Shown here in pieces: positions 24,067-32,028 of a stretch of 64,000 bases of DNA. Position 1 is the stretch's first letter. Every line of letters begins with the position of its first letter. The notes below the pieces were generated by a model. That model was not told the origin of the DNA. It saw nothing but the letters and a program-made list of their open reading frames with translations, and ran no database searches. The stretch comes from Candidatus Binatia bacterium (lineage in GTDB: Bacteria > Desulfobacterota > Binatia > UBA9968), in the NCBI GenBank assembly GCA_046757725.1, contig JBHHYU010000001.1:25548-89547 (forward strand). Reading direction: 5' to 3'. The position numbers were made by a program, and so were the translations under genes.

Positions 24067-24433
24067 GGCTCTACCGTAAAAAGAGTGCTGTTCCAGTTAA
24101 ACACAGGGGGCCCGCTCCTCAGTGAGAGCCGATAGACCTGTACTTCTCTGCCCCCTAAGCTGTTAACCCATTAGGCCCATTTCCCTCAAGTCTCTTTAGG
24201 GTCGGCCGTCTCCCTCTCCTCGGAGCCTACCCCCTGCGCCGTGCACCCATGTATCCGGTTCCGAGGGAGGAGACCTGGAGGCCTGGGGCACGGGGAGGTG
24301 GAGGTTTAAGGCAGGCCCAGGCCGTTGGAGAGCTCAGCCGAAGGGGACGGGAGGGTGGCCGTCGAGGCACAGGACTTATTGACTCAGGCCGGAAGGTTTT
24401 TTCCTGAGGAACCACACTAATTAACGGTGAGCC
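24067..24433 (+). mobile_element. Non-autonomous MITE-like element, copy A (367 bp)
   Basis: Ends are GGCTCTACCGTAAA / TTAACGGTGAGCC (imperfect TIR). A perfect 9-bp direct duplication ATTTAACTC lies at 24058-24066 and 24434-24442. Homologous to 34937-35281 in reverse orientation. No ORF is conserved between the copies. Confidence 0.85.
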
Positions 24434-24442
24434 ATTTAACTC

Positions 24443-24469
24443 TTGACAAGCATTTTACCTCGTTATAGT
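24443..24469 (+). promoter_or_regulatory. Sigma70-like promoter candidate for the riboswitch-tonB transcript
   Basis: TTGACA (24443-24448) and TATAGT (24464-24469) with a short 15-nt spacer, about 20 nt upstream of the riboswitch P1. Confidence 0.35.
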
Positions 24470-24491
24470 TTCTTTTCACTTTGATTCAGTG

Positions 24492-24675
24492 CTCTAAGGC
24501 GTCATAGGGAAGTCCGGTGCAATTCCGGCGCGGTCCCGCCACTGTAATTGGGTAAGTTCTCCTGCGCTTCAAAGCCACTGTCCTGAGATGAGTTAAAAGG
24601 ATGGGAAGGCCGCAGGAAGTTGGAGGGTTGAATTAAACTCCTTCCAGACCCATAAGCCAGGAGACCTGCCTAGAG
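24492..24675 (+). promoter_or_regulatory. Cobalamin (B12) riboswitch 1
   Basis: Core GGGAAGTCCGGTGCAATTCCGGCGCGGTCCCGCCACTGT, internal GCCACTG...GGGAAGGC, and 3' AAGCCAGGAGACCTGCC. The closing helix CTCTAAGGC / GCCTAGAG is present. Located upstream of tonB. Confidence 0.9.
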
Positions 24676-24901
24676 CCAAATAACCCGACTTTCCGAAGGA
24701 GAGAGAAAGGTTCACCTTGTCCGCTCGGTCCTCAAATCCAATCCCTTGTTATTACGGTGAGGTCGAAACTTCCGGGATTTGGTGTTTGCAATTTTGACCC
24801 CTTCCCTCTCGTTTTCGGCATAGTCCTGAACCCTTTTTGAGTGTTGCTAGAAAAGCCTGGTGGCGCCGGGGCGATTTTTTTTGGTACAGGGAGCCGCACA
24901 C

Positions 24902-25846
24902 ATGAGATTGTCTCCATTCCTTGGCATCTCCGTTTTACTGCACGCTTTAATTCTTACGTTGCCATCCTGGTCTTCTCAGTCAGGGCAAGGGCATGAGATC
25001 ATCCCTGTGGCTTTGTTCATGACAGAGCATGCTGGAGATCATGGGCTGATCCCGGTGGGCAACAAAATCGGTTTGGATGTATCTGAACCACTGTTACCGG
25101 GCAGGCCAGAGCAAACTGTACGCGAAGAGCCGCGAAAACTTAAAAAGGCACGATCGACTATGAGCGACACGCTTAAGTTCCAGAATCGCCCGGTTAAACA
25201 GCAGACGCCCGTGAAGAGACGAGTGAAAAAATATCAAACCACAAGGGTTTTGGCGGGTCGGAGTTTTGATAGACTCGGCCCCGCCGCAAGCATCGCGACG
25301 AAAAGTCGGGCCCTTGGCCAAGAGAAGGACATTCAGAGGCCAAAAGTCCCTGCGGAGGTTGTAAGCCGGCGGGGCTTATCTGAGTGGTACATCAACGAAG
25401 CTGGTACGGAAGATCCGCTGTTAGGGGAGTTGACTAAAGGTGAGACTGTGGCGCCCAAAGATGGCGGCCGGGAAGGGGTGGAATCCGGGAAAAACAACCT
25501 ACCCTTGGCAGATCAAGCTCAGTCGGCGATGGATCCTATCTCGGAAAGTCGGCAGAAAGGAGGTCTTACACAGGCGGGTTATGAGTATTGGTTCAATCCG
25601 GAATATCCTAAAAAGGCAAGAAAAGAAGGTTGGGAGGGAACTACCGTGCTCAGGGTCTTAGTCGATGAACAGGGAAACTCTAGAAGGATTCAGATAACGC
25701 GAAGCTCCGGTTTCGAATCTCTCGATCAGGTGGCAGTGAAAGCAGTCAAGCGCTGGCATTTTCATCCGGCCCAACGAGGGGCCAAACCGGTGCCGAGCTG
25801 GGTCAAAATCCCGATCGTCTTTCGTCTCAACGGTGGCAACATGTAA
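24902..25846 (+). CDS. tonB: TonB family energy transducer
   Basis: N-terminal anchor MRLSPFLGISVLLHALILTL and the C-terminal TonB_C domain (YPKKARKEGWEGTTVLRVLVDEQGN..IPIVFRL). ATG 24902 is preferred over the track start 24860 because a GGGAG lies 8 nt upstream. Confidence 0.8.
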   Translation: MRLSPFLGISVLLHALILTLPSWSSQSGQGHEIIPVALFMTEHAGDHGLIPVGNKIGLDVSEPLLPGRPEQTVREEPRKLKKARSTMSDTLKFQNRPVKQQTPVKRRVKKYQTTRVLAGRSFDRLGPAASIATKSRALGQEKDIQRPKVPAEVVSRRGLSEWYINEAGTEDPLLGELTKGETVAPKDGGREGVESGKNNLPLADQAQSAMDPISESRQKGGLTQAGYEYWFNPEYPKKARKEGWEGTTVLRVLVDEQGNSRRIQITRSSGFESLDQVAVKAVKRWHFHPAQRGAKPVPSWVKIPIVFRLNGGNM

Positions 25847-25868
25847 ATAGGCAAGACTCATATCTATT

Positions 25869-26034
25869 GGCTGCAGATCGGATTCGAGGGAAAGGGGTGA
25901 AATTCCCCTGCTGCCCCGCAACTGTGATGGCCACGAAAGCCGCAGGTATCAGCCACTGTCCTGAGCCAAGTCAAAGGATGGGAAGGCGCGGCGAGTAGGT
26001 TAAAGCCTAAGCCAGGAGACCTGTCCATTCTGCC
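25869..26034 (+). promoter_or_regulatory. Cobalamin (B12) riboswitch 2
   Basis: GGGAAAGGGGTGAAATTCCCCTGCTGCCCCGCAACTGT core, AGCCACTGTCCTGAG...GGATGGGAAGGC, and 3' AAGCCAGGAGACCTGTCC. Ends about 30 nt before the btuB SD/ATG. Confidence 0.9.
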
Positions 26035-26068
26035 TTAACGATCCCCCTTCGTGGGAGAGGAGGTTCTC

Positions 26069-27916
26069 ATGAAACGATCCATATTTTTTGTCTTTCTTCT
26101 CTTCGTCAGTTTTCTCACGAGCATATCCTCTGGAGTGGAACCTGAGGAAAAAACTCTCGAGCCTGTCGTGGTGACGGCGACCCGGATTGAAACTCCCGTA
26201 AAAGAGGTTACAACCTCGATCACCGTGATCACGGAAAAGGAAATTAGGGAACAGCAGGCGGAAACGGTTTTGGATGTTTTACGTGACGTGCCGGGGGTAG
26301 ATGTGATTCAAACCGGTTCTCGGGGAGCAGTTGCCTCGGTGTTTATTCGTGGCTCCAATTCGAACCAAGTTTTAGTGCTCGTGGATGGCATGGAGGTTAA
26401 CAGCGTTACGGCAGGACTGTTTGATTTCGCCCATCTGCTTACAGATAACGTTGAGCGAATTGAAATCTTGAGGGGAGCCGGTGGCACTCTCCACGGCTCA
26501 AAGGCGGTCGGCGGTGTTATCAACATCTTGACTAAAAAAGGGAAGGCTGGGCCCGAACTGATTACCTCCCTGGAAGGAGGAAACGGTTCCACTCATCGGG
26601 AAACGGTTAATTTTTCAGGCGGGTCAGACAGGTGGAACTACTCCGTGACGGGAAGTTTCTTAAAAACAGACGGGTTTCGCAGGGTCAATGACGATTATAA
26701 AAACATCTCCGGCTCAGCAAAGCTTGGCCTTAAGCCGATGGATCATGCCTCTCTGACCGCGACTTTCTGGACGACTGAAACGAGACTCGGGCTTTCGAAC
26801 AGCAACAACTTTCTTTCCGTTCCGGATCCCAATGACCGTCAAGAAGACCAATTCTGGGCCGGTCGCATACAGTGGAAACACGAGCCGGTGAAAAGTTTGG
26901 ACTATCGTTTTGGCTTGGGAATGACGCAGGGTCATCAGCGGAACGTTACAAGGATCGACTCAATAGATACGACAAACAGAATCAGTCGTATTCGGCCTCA
27001 AATTATCAATCCGGAGTTCCAGATCCATTACCGCTTGAATCGGCTCGCTGAACTCACCTTCGGTGTAGATTGGGATATCAGAGAGGCAAAATTCAGTGGG
27101 ATTCAACCCAAGCAGAATAACCAGGCCCTCTACGTTCAAAACCGTTTCCACATGCTGGACGAGAATTTTATCGTAGTAGGGGGGATCCGTTGGGACCATA
27201 ATGAAGACTTCGGTCAAGAGTGGAGCCCCTCCGGCTCGTTTGCCTATCTCGTTCCAAAGCTGGGTACGAAACTTAAGGCCAATTATGTGCAGAGTTTCCG
27301 CGCCCCAACCTTTAATGACCTCTTTTTTCCCGGTTTTAGTGATCCTAATCTGAGCCCGGAGACGGCCTGGGAAACCGATATTGGAATTGAGCAGCCTTTA
27401 TTTAAGGATCGATTACACTTGGAGGCGATTTACTTTCATAGGGAGGTTAAGGACCTCATCGTCTTCCGGGGATTTAGTCCCGAGAACGTGGGCCAGGCGA
27501 TCTTCGATGGTGTGGAATTTATCGCAGCGCTCAAGTTGCCTTGGGGGCTTTCGTGGCGGGGAAACTACACTTTCCTAAACATCAGCGATCGCATCATCCG
27601 CCGGCCCAAACATAAAGGAAACTTGACGCTTAATTACAAGAATGGTCCCCTTAACTTCAACCTGAATACCCACATTACGGGGCGGCGTCTGGATATTGAT
27701 GCCAATACCTTCCGTACGATCGACAAGGGAGGATACACGCGTTTTGATCTTGCTGCCTCATACGTGCTTCCCTGGCGAGCTCCTGGAGTCAAATCGGTCA
27801 GCCTTTACGGTAAAATTGAAAATCTCTTTGACAGGGGATATGAGGAGGCCGACGGCTTCCGTGCGCGACCTATCAATTTCCTGATCGGGATTCGAGGAGC
27901 ATTCGGGAGGAATTAG
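26069..27916 (+). CDS. btuB: TonB-dependent outer-membrane receptor (cobalamin receptor by riboswitch context)
   Basis: Signal peptide MKRSIFFVFLLFVSFL, TonB box/plug (EPVVVTATRIETP), and a beta-barrel with a terminal aromatic region. Directly preceded by a B12 riboswitch. Confidence 0.85.
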   Translation: MKRSIFFVFLLFVSFLTSISSGVEPEEKTLEPVVVTATRIETPVKEVTTSITVITEKEIREQQAETVLDVLRDVPGVDVIQTGSRGAVASVFIRGSNSNQVLVLVDGMEVNSVTAGLFDFAHLLTDNVERIEILRGAGGTLHGSKAVGGVINILTKKGKAGPELITSLEGGNGSTHRETVNFSGGSDRWNYSVTGSFLKTDGFRRVNDDYKNISGSAKLGLKPMDHASLTATFWTTETRLGLSNSNNFLSVPDPNDRQEDQFWAGRIQWKHEPVKSLDYRFGLGMTQGHQRNVTRIDSIDTTNRISRIRPQIINPEFQIHYRLNRLAELTFGVDWDIREAKFSGIQPKQNNQALYVQNRFHMLDENFIVVGGIRWDHNEDFGQEWSPSGSFAYLVPKLGTKLKANYVQSFRAPTFNDLFFPGFSDPNLSPETAWETDIGIEQPLFKDRLHLEAIYFHREVKDLIVFRGFSPENVGQAIFDGVEFIAALKLPWGLSWRGNYTFLNISDRIIRRPKHKGNLTLNYKNGPLNFNLNTHITGRRLDIDANTFRTIDKGGYTRFDLAASYVLPWRAPGVKSVSLYGKIENLFDRGYEEADGFRARPINFLIGIRGAFGRN

Positions 27917-27923
27917 ACCATTG

Positions 27924-28859
27924 ATGTTCTCACGCGCCAATGTTCTGTTCGCCCTTTTCTTGTCTCTTCTGTTTTTCACAGGCTGCAAAATGCGGTCGCC
28001 GGAAGGAGATAGACGGGTCGTGGACGACCTGGGAAATCAGGTAACGATCAAAGGACAAGTGGAAAGGATTGTCTCACTGGTGCCCACTAACTCGGAAATG
28101 GTCTGCCTCCTGGATTGCGCACGTTTGAAAGGAGGGACCCGCTACGATCGTTTTCCGCCAGAGTTAGTCAGAAGGATCCGGGAAAGGCAAGTCGAGATCA
28201 TTGGAGGTGGGTTCGACGCCAGCCTGGAGAAAATCGTCCAGATTGCACCCGACCTGATTTTAGCGAACGGCCCCAGTCAGCAAAGAGTTGTGACGTCGCT
28301 GAAAAGACTGGGTTATTCGGTCTTGAGGATCTGGCCACAAGATCTTGAAAGCCTCAAAAGAGACTTTTTGGTCCTGGGAGAGATTCTGGATCGGGAGGTC
28401 AAAGCGAAAGAGATTTTGAAGGAGGTCGAACGGGGCTTCGCGGCAATTCAGATTAAGACCAAACGGAAAAGACGCAAGACAGTTTACCTTCAAATGTGGT
28501 CTGACCCCATGATCACTGTGGGAAAAAAATCCTTTCCTCATTGGCTCCTCTCCGCAGCGGGAGGGATCAATATCTTCGAGGATCTGGCTTTCGACTCTGG
28601 CCAGGTCGGCCTAGAATGGATCCTCGGGCGGGATCCGGAGGTGCTGATCTTCCTAACGGGGCAGGAGGCTTTTGTGAAGCGAGCCGTCACGCGCACTGAG
28701 TGGAAATCGATCCGGGCCGTTCAAAATGGTCATATCTGCTTTGTAGATGCGGCTGATATCCGACGCGGCGTTCGGTTCCTCGATGGATTGGTAAAACTCC
28801 ACCGATGTCTATTTGGAACCGCGCAAGCCGGTCAGGGCGATCCGAGGGGCAAACCATGA
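27924..28859 (+). CDS. btuF: Periplasmic substrate-binding lipoprotein of a cobalamin/siderophore-type ABC importer
   Basis: Lipobox LFFTGC and a class III (PF01497-like) binding-protein layout. Sits in the operon between btuB and the FecCD permease. Confidence 0.7.
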   Translation: MFSRANVLFALFLSLLFFTGCKMRSPEGDRRVVDDLGNQVTIKGQVERIVSLVPTNSEMVCLLDCARLKGGTRYDRFPPELVRRIRERQVEIIGGGFDASLEKIVQIAPDLILANGPSQQRVVTSLKRLGYSVLRIWPQDLESLKRDFLVLGEILDREVKAKEILKEVERGFAAIQIKTKRKRRKTVYLQMWSDPMITVGKKSFPHWLLSAAGGINIFEDLAFDSGQVGLEWILGRDPEVLIFLTGQEAFVKRAVTRTEWKSIRAVQNGHICFVDAADIRRGVRFLDGLVKLHRCLFGTAQAGQGDPRGKP

Positions 28860-29833
28860 GCCGGCGCGTTTGGGGTTGGATGATCATTTTTGTTTCTTTG
28901 TTATTTACCTTTCTGTTGACTCTCAGCGTCGGTCCGGTGACACTCTCTCTTCCGGAAATGTCTGCGACGGAGAAAATAATTTTGTTCAACCTGCGTCTTC
29001 CCCGTAGCCTCTCAGCCTTTTTCGTCGGCGGCGGGTTGGCGCTTTCAGGTGCTATCTTTCAGGGGATCTTTCGTAATCCGCTGGCCGATAGCTACCTCCT
29101 GGGGGTCTCGTCGGGAGCGTCACTCGGCGCTGCGGCGGCCCTGGTGCTTGGGTTAACCTCTCCCCTGGCTGCCTTCACCGCCGTCAGCATCTTTTCCTTT
29201 GCGGGTTCGCTGCTTGCTTTGGCCTTGGTCTTTTACTTCGCTACCCGGAACGGACAGATCTCGATCTTTCGCCTACTGCTGGCAGGATTGGGAGTGAGCC
29301 TTTTCATCTCCTCTCTGGTCGCCGTGCTCATGCTTCTGGCCGAAGAACAGCTCAAAGCGTTGATCTTCTTCTTTCTCGGGGGATTTTCTACCTCGGGATG
29401 GGATAGCGCATGGCTGTCGCTCACCTGCGTGCCTTTGGGGGTCTTCACGGCCTGCTTCTTCGCGCGCGAGCTGAATGTTCTCTTACTGGGAGACGAGACG
29501 GCTAAGAGTAGTGGGATTCATACCGGCCGTATACAACTGCTCTATGCCATCCTGGCTGCGTTTTTAACTTCGGTTTCGGTGTCGATCGCCGGTCTCATCG
29601 GCTTTGTCGGGCTGATTGTTCCACATATGATCCGGATCATGTTTGGTGCCGACCACCGGACTCTCTTCCCGCTGACTTTCTTTGTCGGCGGTCTGTTTCT
29701 CGTTCTCTGCGATACCGTCGCAAAGACCGCGATTGCCCCGGCCGAGCTGCCGGTGGGCATCGTGACCTCGCTGGTCGGAGTGCCCTTCTTTCTCTATCTG
29801 CTTCGGAAAGAGACGGGTGGATATGGGCTCTAA
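28856..29833 (+). CDS. btuC: FecCD-family ABC permease (BtuC-like)
   Basis: Polytopic ORF with FecCD-type motifs (LRLPRSL.AFFVGGGLALSGAIFQGIFRNPLADSYLLGVSSGA). ATG 28856 overlaps the btuF TGA (ATGA). Confidence 0.8.
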   Translation: MSRRVWGWMIIFVSLLFTFLLTLSVGPVTLSLPEMSATEKIILFNLRLPRSLSAFFVGGGLALSGAIFQGIFRNPLADSYLLGVSSGASLGAAAALVLGLTSPLAAFTAVSIFSFAGSLLALALVFYFATRNGQISIFRLLLAGLGVSLFISSLVAVLMLLAEEQLKALIFFFLGGFSTSGWDSAWLSLTCVPLGVFTACFFARELNVLLLGDETAKSSGIHTGRIQLLYAILAAFLTSVSVSIAGLIGFVGLIVPHMIRIMFGADHRTLFPLTFFVGGLFLVLCDTVAKTAIAPAELPVGIVTSLVGVPFFLYLLRKETGGYGL

Positions 29834-30632
29834 AAAGGAATGGCAAACCGTTCTCGAGGCCCAAAACCTGTCCTTTGGCTACGGTGAAAAACCCGTGCTT
29901 CAGGATATCTTTCTTTCCGTCCGAGAGGGCGACCTTTTGGCCCTCATGGGTCCCAACGGCTCCGGCAAAACCACGCTCCTGAAGGTGCTTCTCGGTATCC
30001 TTGCTCCCGAACAGGGAACCGTGTTGCTGTACAACCAGACTCTAGACTCTTATCCGCCGAAAGAGAGGGCGAAAAAGGTTGCTTATGTTCCGCAGCAACC
30101 GGAGTTGAGTTTTCCGCTGACGGTGTTCGAGCTGGTCTCGTTGGGAAGGTACCCACACATCGTCCGCTTCGCGCGCAAACCCGAAGAGACGACGGCGATT
30201 GAAGAGGCGCTGGCGCTGACGGATTCCGCCCACCTGAAGGATCGAAAATTCGCCACCCTCAGCGGTGGCGAAAAGCAGAAGGTATTGATATCGAGGTCGT
30301 TGGCCCAGTCAACGGGCATCCTGCTGCTGGACGAGCCGACGGTCCACCTGGATCTTCGCTATCAGCTGCAGATCTTGAAGATGTTAAAAAAACTATCCAT
30401 CGAGCGGCGCGCGACGGTCGTTGCGGTTTTGCATGACGTCAATCTTGTCTCCCTTTTTGCAGATAGGGTTGTCATGCTGCACTCCGGAAAGATCTACCGC
30501 TGCGGAACTGTCCGGGAAGTGATGACCGAAGAAAACATCAAAGAGGTGTTCGGCGTAGATATGACAGGACAAGACCACAGCGGAGCGGTTGGCCGCTATT
30601 TTCTCCCGCGTGATCCGCTTAGTACGAAGTGA
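29817..30632 (+). CDS. btuD: ABC transporter ATP-binding protein (BtuD/FepC-like)
   Basis: Walker A GPNGSGKTT, signature LSGGEKQ, and Walker B LLLDEP. The start may be GTG 29817 or ATG 29823. Confidence 0.85.
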   Translation: MDMGSKKEWQTVLEAQNLSFGYGEKPVLQDIFLSVREGDLLALMGPNGSGKTTLLKVLLGILAPEQGTVLLYNQTLDSYPPKERAKKVAYVPQQPELSFPLTVFELVSLGRYPHIVRFARKPEETTAIEEALALTDSAHLKDRKFATLSGGEKQKVLISRSLAQSTGILLLDEPTVHLDLRYQLQILKMLKKLSIERRATVVAVLHDVNLVSLFADRVVMLHSGKIYRCGTVREVMTEENIKEVFGVDMTGQDHSGAVGRYFLPRDPLSTK

Positions 30633-30641
30633 GGTCGAAGC

Positions 30642-30812
30642 ATGGAAGGATTCTTGATTGCCGGGAGTGGCAGTGGGGTGGGAATGCCCACCGTTGTGAC
30701 GGGACTTATGGCCGCACTGCCGATCTCACGGGTAAATAACCCAAAGACAGTCAGTAAGCTTTTATTTCCTGAGCGGAGGAGACCTCACAGCGGCCTGTTT
30801 GCTTTCCTGTAG
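30642..30812 (+). pseudogene. Truncated N-terminal relic of a cobyrinate a,c-diamide synthase (CbiA/CobB-like)
   Basis: Hand translation gives MEGFLIAGSGSGVGMPTVVTGLMAAL..., matching the CbiA/CobB N-terminus (..LIAGtgSGvGKTTVtlGLMrAL) with the Walker A GKT changed to GMP. Similarity stops after about 26 aa. The frame then runs into the convergent ACAD gene and terminates after 56 aa. Confidence 0.5.
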
Positions 30813-31942
30813 CCAAGGGCGTCTTGAGCAATGATGAGTTTTTGGATATTAGATGAGCCTTCGACGATCTGGTAAGACTTGGCATCCCGCAAATGACGCT
30901 CCGCGGGAAATTCCGTTGAATAGCCGTAGGCCCCTAGGATCCTGAGGGAGACATCCGCGGCAAACGCTGCGGCTTCGGCGGCGGTGTATTTAGCTATGGA
31001 GACTGCGAGATTATTGGGCCGTTTTTGATCTGCAAGCCATGCCGCACGATAGACCAACAGGCGTGCTCCCTCTTCACGCACCACCATTTGGGCAATCAGG
31101 TCCTGGTTCATCTGAAAGCGACCGATCTTTTGTCCGAACTGTTCCCTCTGGTTAGCGTAGCGTACAGCCTCCTCCCGAGCCGCCCGTGCCAAACCCAACG
31201 CCCCGGCGGCGCAACTCAGCCGGGTCTGATTAAGTTGCCACATACAGACCTTGAAACCTTCACCTTCCTCCCCGATGAGGTTCTTTACCGGAACACGGAA
31301 ATCTTCCAAGTTAATTTCACCTACGGGTGAGGCATGGACGCCAAGTGTCTCCAGAGATCGGCGGGTTACCCCGTGCTGATGCAAATCCGCGTAAAAGGCC
31401 GAGATTCCCCGGTGTTTCTTGGAGGGATCCGTGGAGGCATAGATAAGGGCCCTATCCGCGACCGTTGCGTTGGAAATCCAAATTTTAGATCCCGTCAGAA
31501 CATAGCTGTCCCCCTCTCGGACCGCTGTAGTTCTGATGGCCGCCACGTCCGAACCGGCATCTGCTTCGGTGATGGCAAAACAGCCGACAAGCTCTCCACG
31601 GATCAAGGGTGGAATCCAAATTTTCTTTTGTTCCTCCGTGCCGAAATGGAGTAAGGCTAGTGCTGGGCCGACCTGCATGTTGATCAGGACACGCATGGCG
31701 CTATGAACCCGGGCGATTTCTTCCGTTATGAGTACTAAAGCTAGAAAACCTAGACCGTTTCCTCCATAGTTCTCTGGGATAATGGAGCCGTAAAAACCCA
31801 GTTCCCCCATTTTAGAAACCAAGTCTCTGCGAAATGTGTGCTCCCTATCATCCTTGGCAGCGGTAGGGGCAATCTCTTTTGCGGCGAAATCCCGAGCCAG
31901 CTCGCGAACCGCCACTAGTTCTTCTGATAAATCAAATTCCAT
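30785..31942 (-). CDS. Acyl-CoA dehydrogenase
   Basis: 385-aa ORF with the ACAD N/M/C domain pattern (FAITEADAGSDVAA, IYEGSSNIQ-type C-terminus QIVEGSSNIQKLIIA). Confidence 0.9.
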   Translation of the reverse strand: MEFDLSEELVAVRELARDFAAKEIAPTAAKDDREHTFRRDLVSKMGELGFYGSIIPENYGGNGLGFLALVLITEEIARVHSAMRVLINMQVGPALALLHFGTEEQKKIWIPPLIRGELVGCFAITEADAGSDVAAIRTTAVREGDSYVLTGSKIWISNATVADRALIYASTDPSKKHRGISAFYADLHQHGVTRRSLETLGVHASPVGEINLEDFRVPVKNLIGEEGEGFKVCMWQLNQTRLSCAAGALGLARAAREEAVRYANQREQFGQKIGRFQMNQDLIAQMVVREEGARLLVYRAAWLADQKRPNNLAVSIAKYTAAEAAAFAADVSLRILGAYGYSTEFPAERHLRDAKSYQIVEGSSNIQKLIIAQDALGYRKANRPL

Positions 31943-32028
31943 TTCTTCTCCCTATCAGAGGCGGCAGGCAATAGATGCTAGGCAGCAAAAGCGACGGTTA
32001 TAAAGACTAGGTTGGATAGGAATTTCGC

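Noticed and set aside
24365-24395. RNase P RNA-like 3' motif (GGCACAGGACTTATTGACTCAGG versus the ACAGAACCCGGCTTATCGGTCAG of type A RNase P RNA), plus a total element length near 350 nt
   Set aside because: No GGAAAGTCCGGGC-type CR-I and no GGTAAGAGCGCACC-type core anywhere in either copy. The element has TIRs and TSDs and occurs twice, so it is a mobile repeat and not rnpB.
24227-24415. 62-aa minus-strand ORF
   Set aside because: It is antisense to MITE copy A and is not conserved in copy B, which has no ORF of at least 60 aa on the corresponding strand.
24875-24882. T8 run in the riboswitch-1 leader as an intrinsic terminator
   Set aside because: I could not fold a convincing GC stem immediately upstream; GGCGCC is only a loop-less palindrome. 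It is left as an open question rather than a feature.
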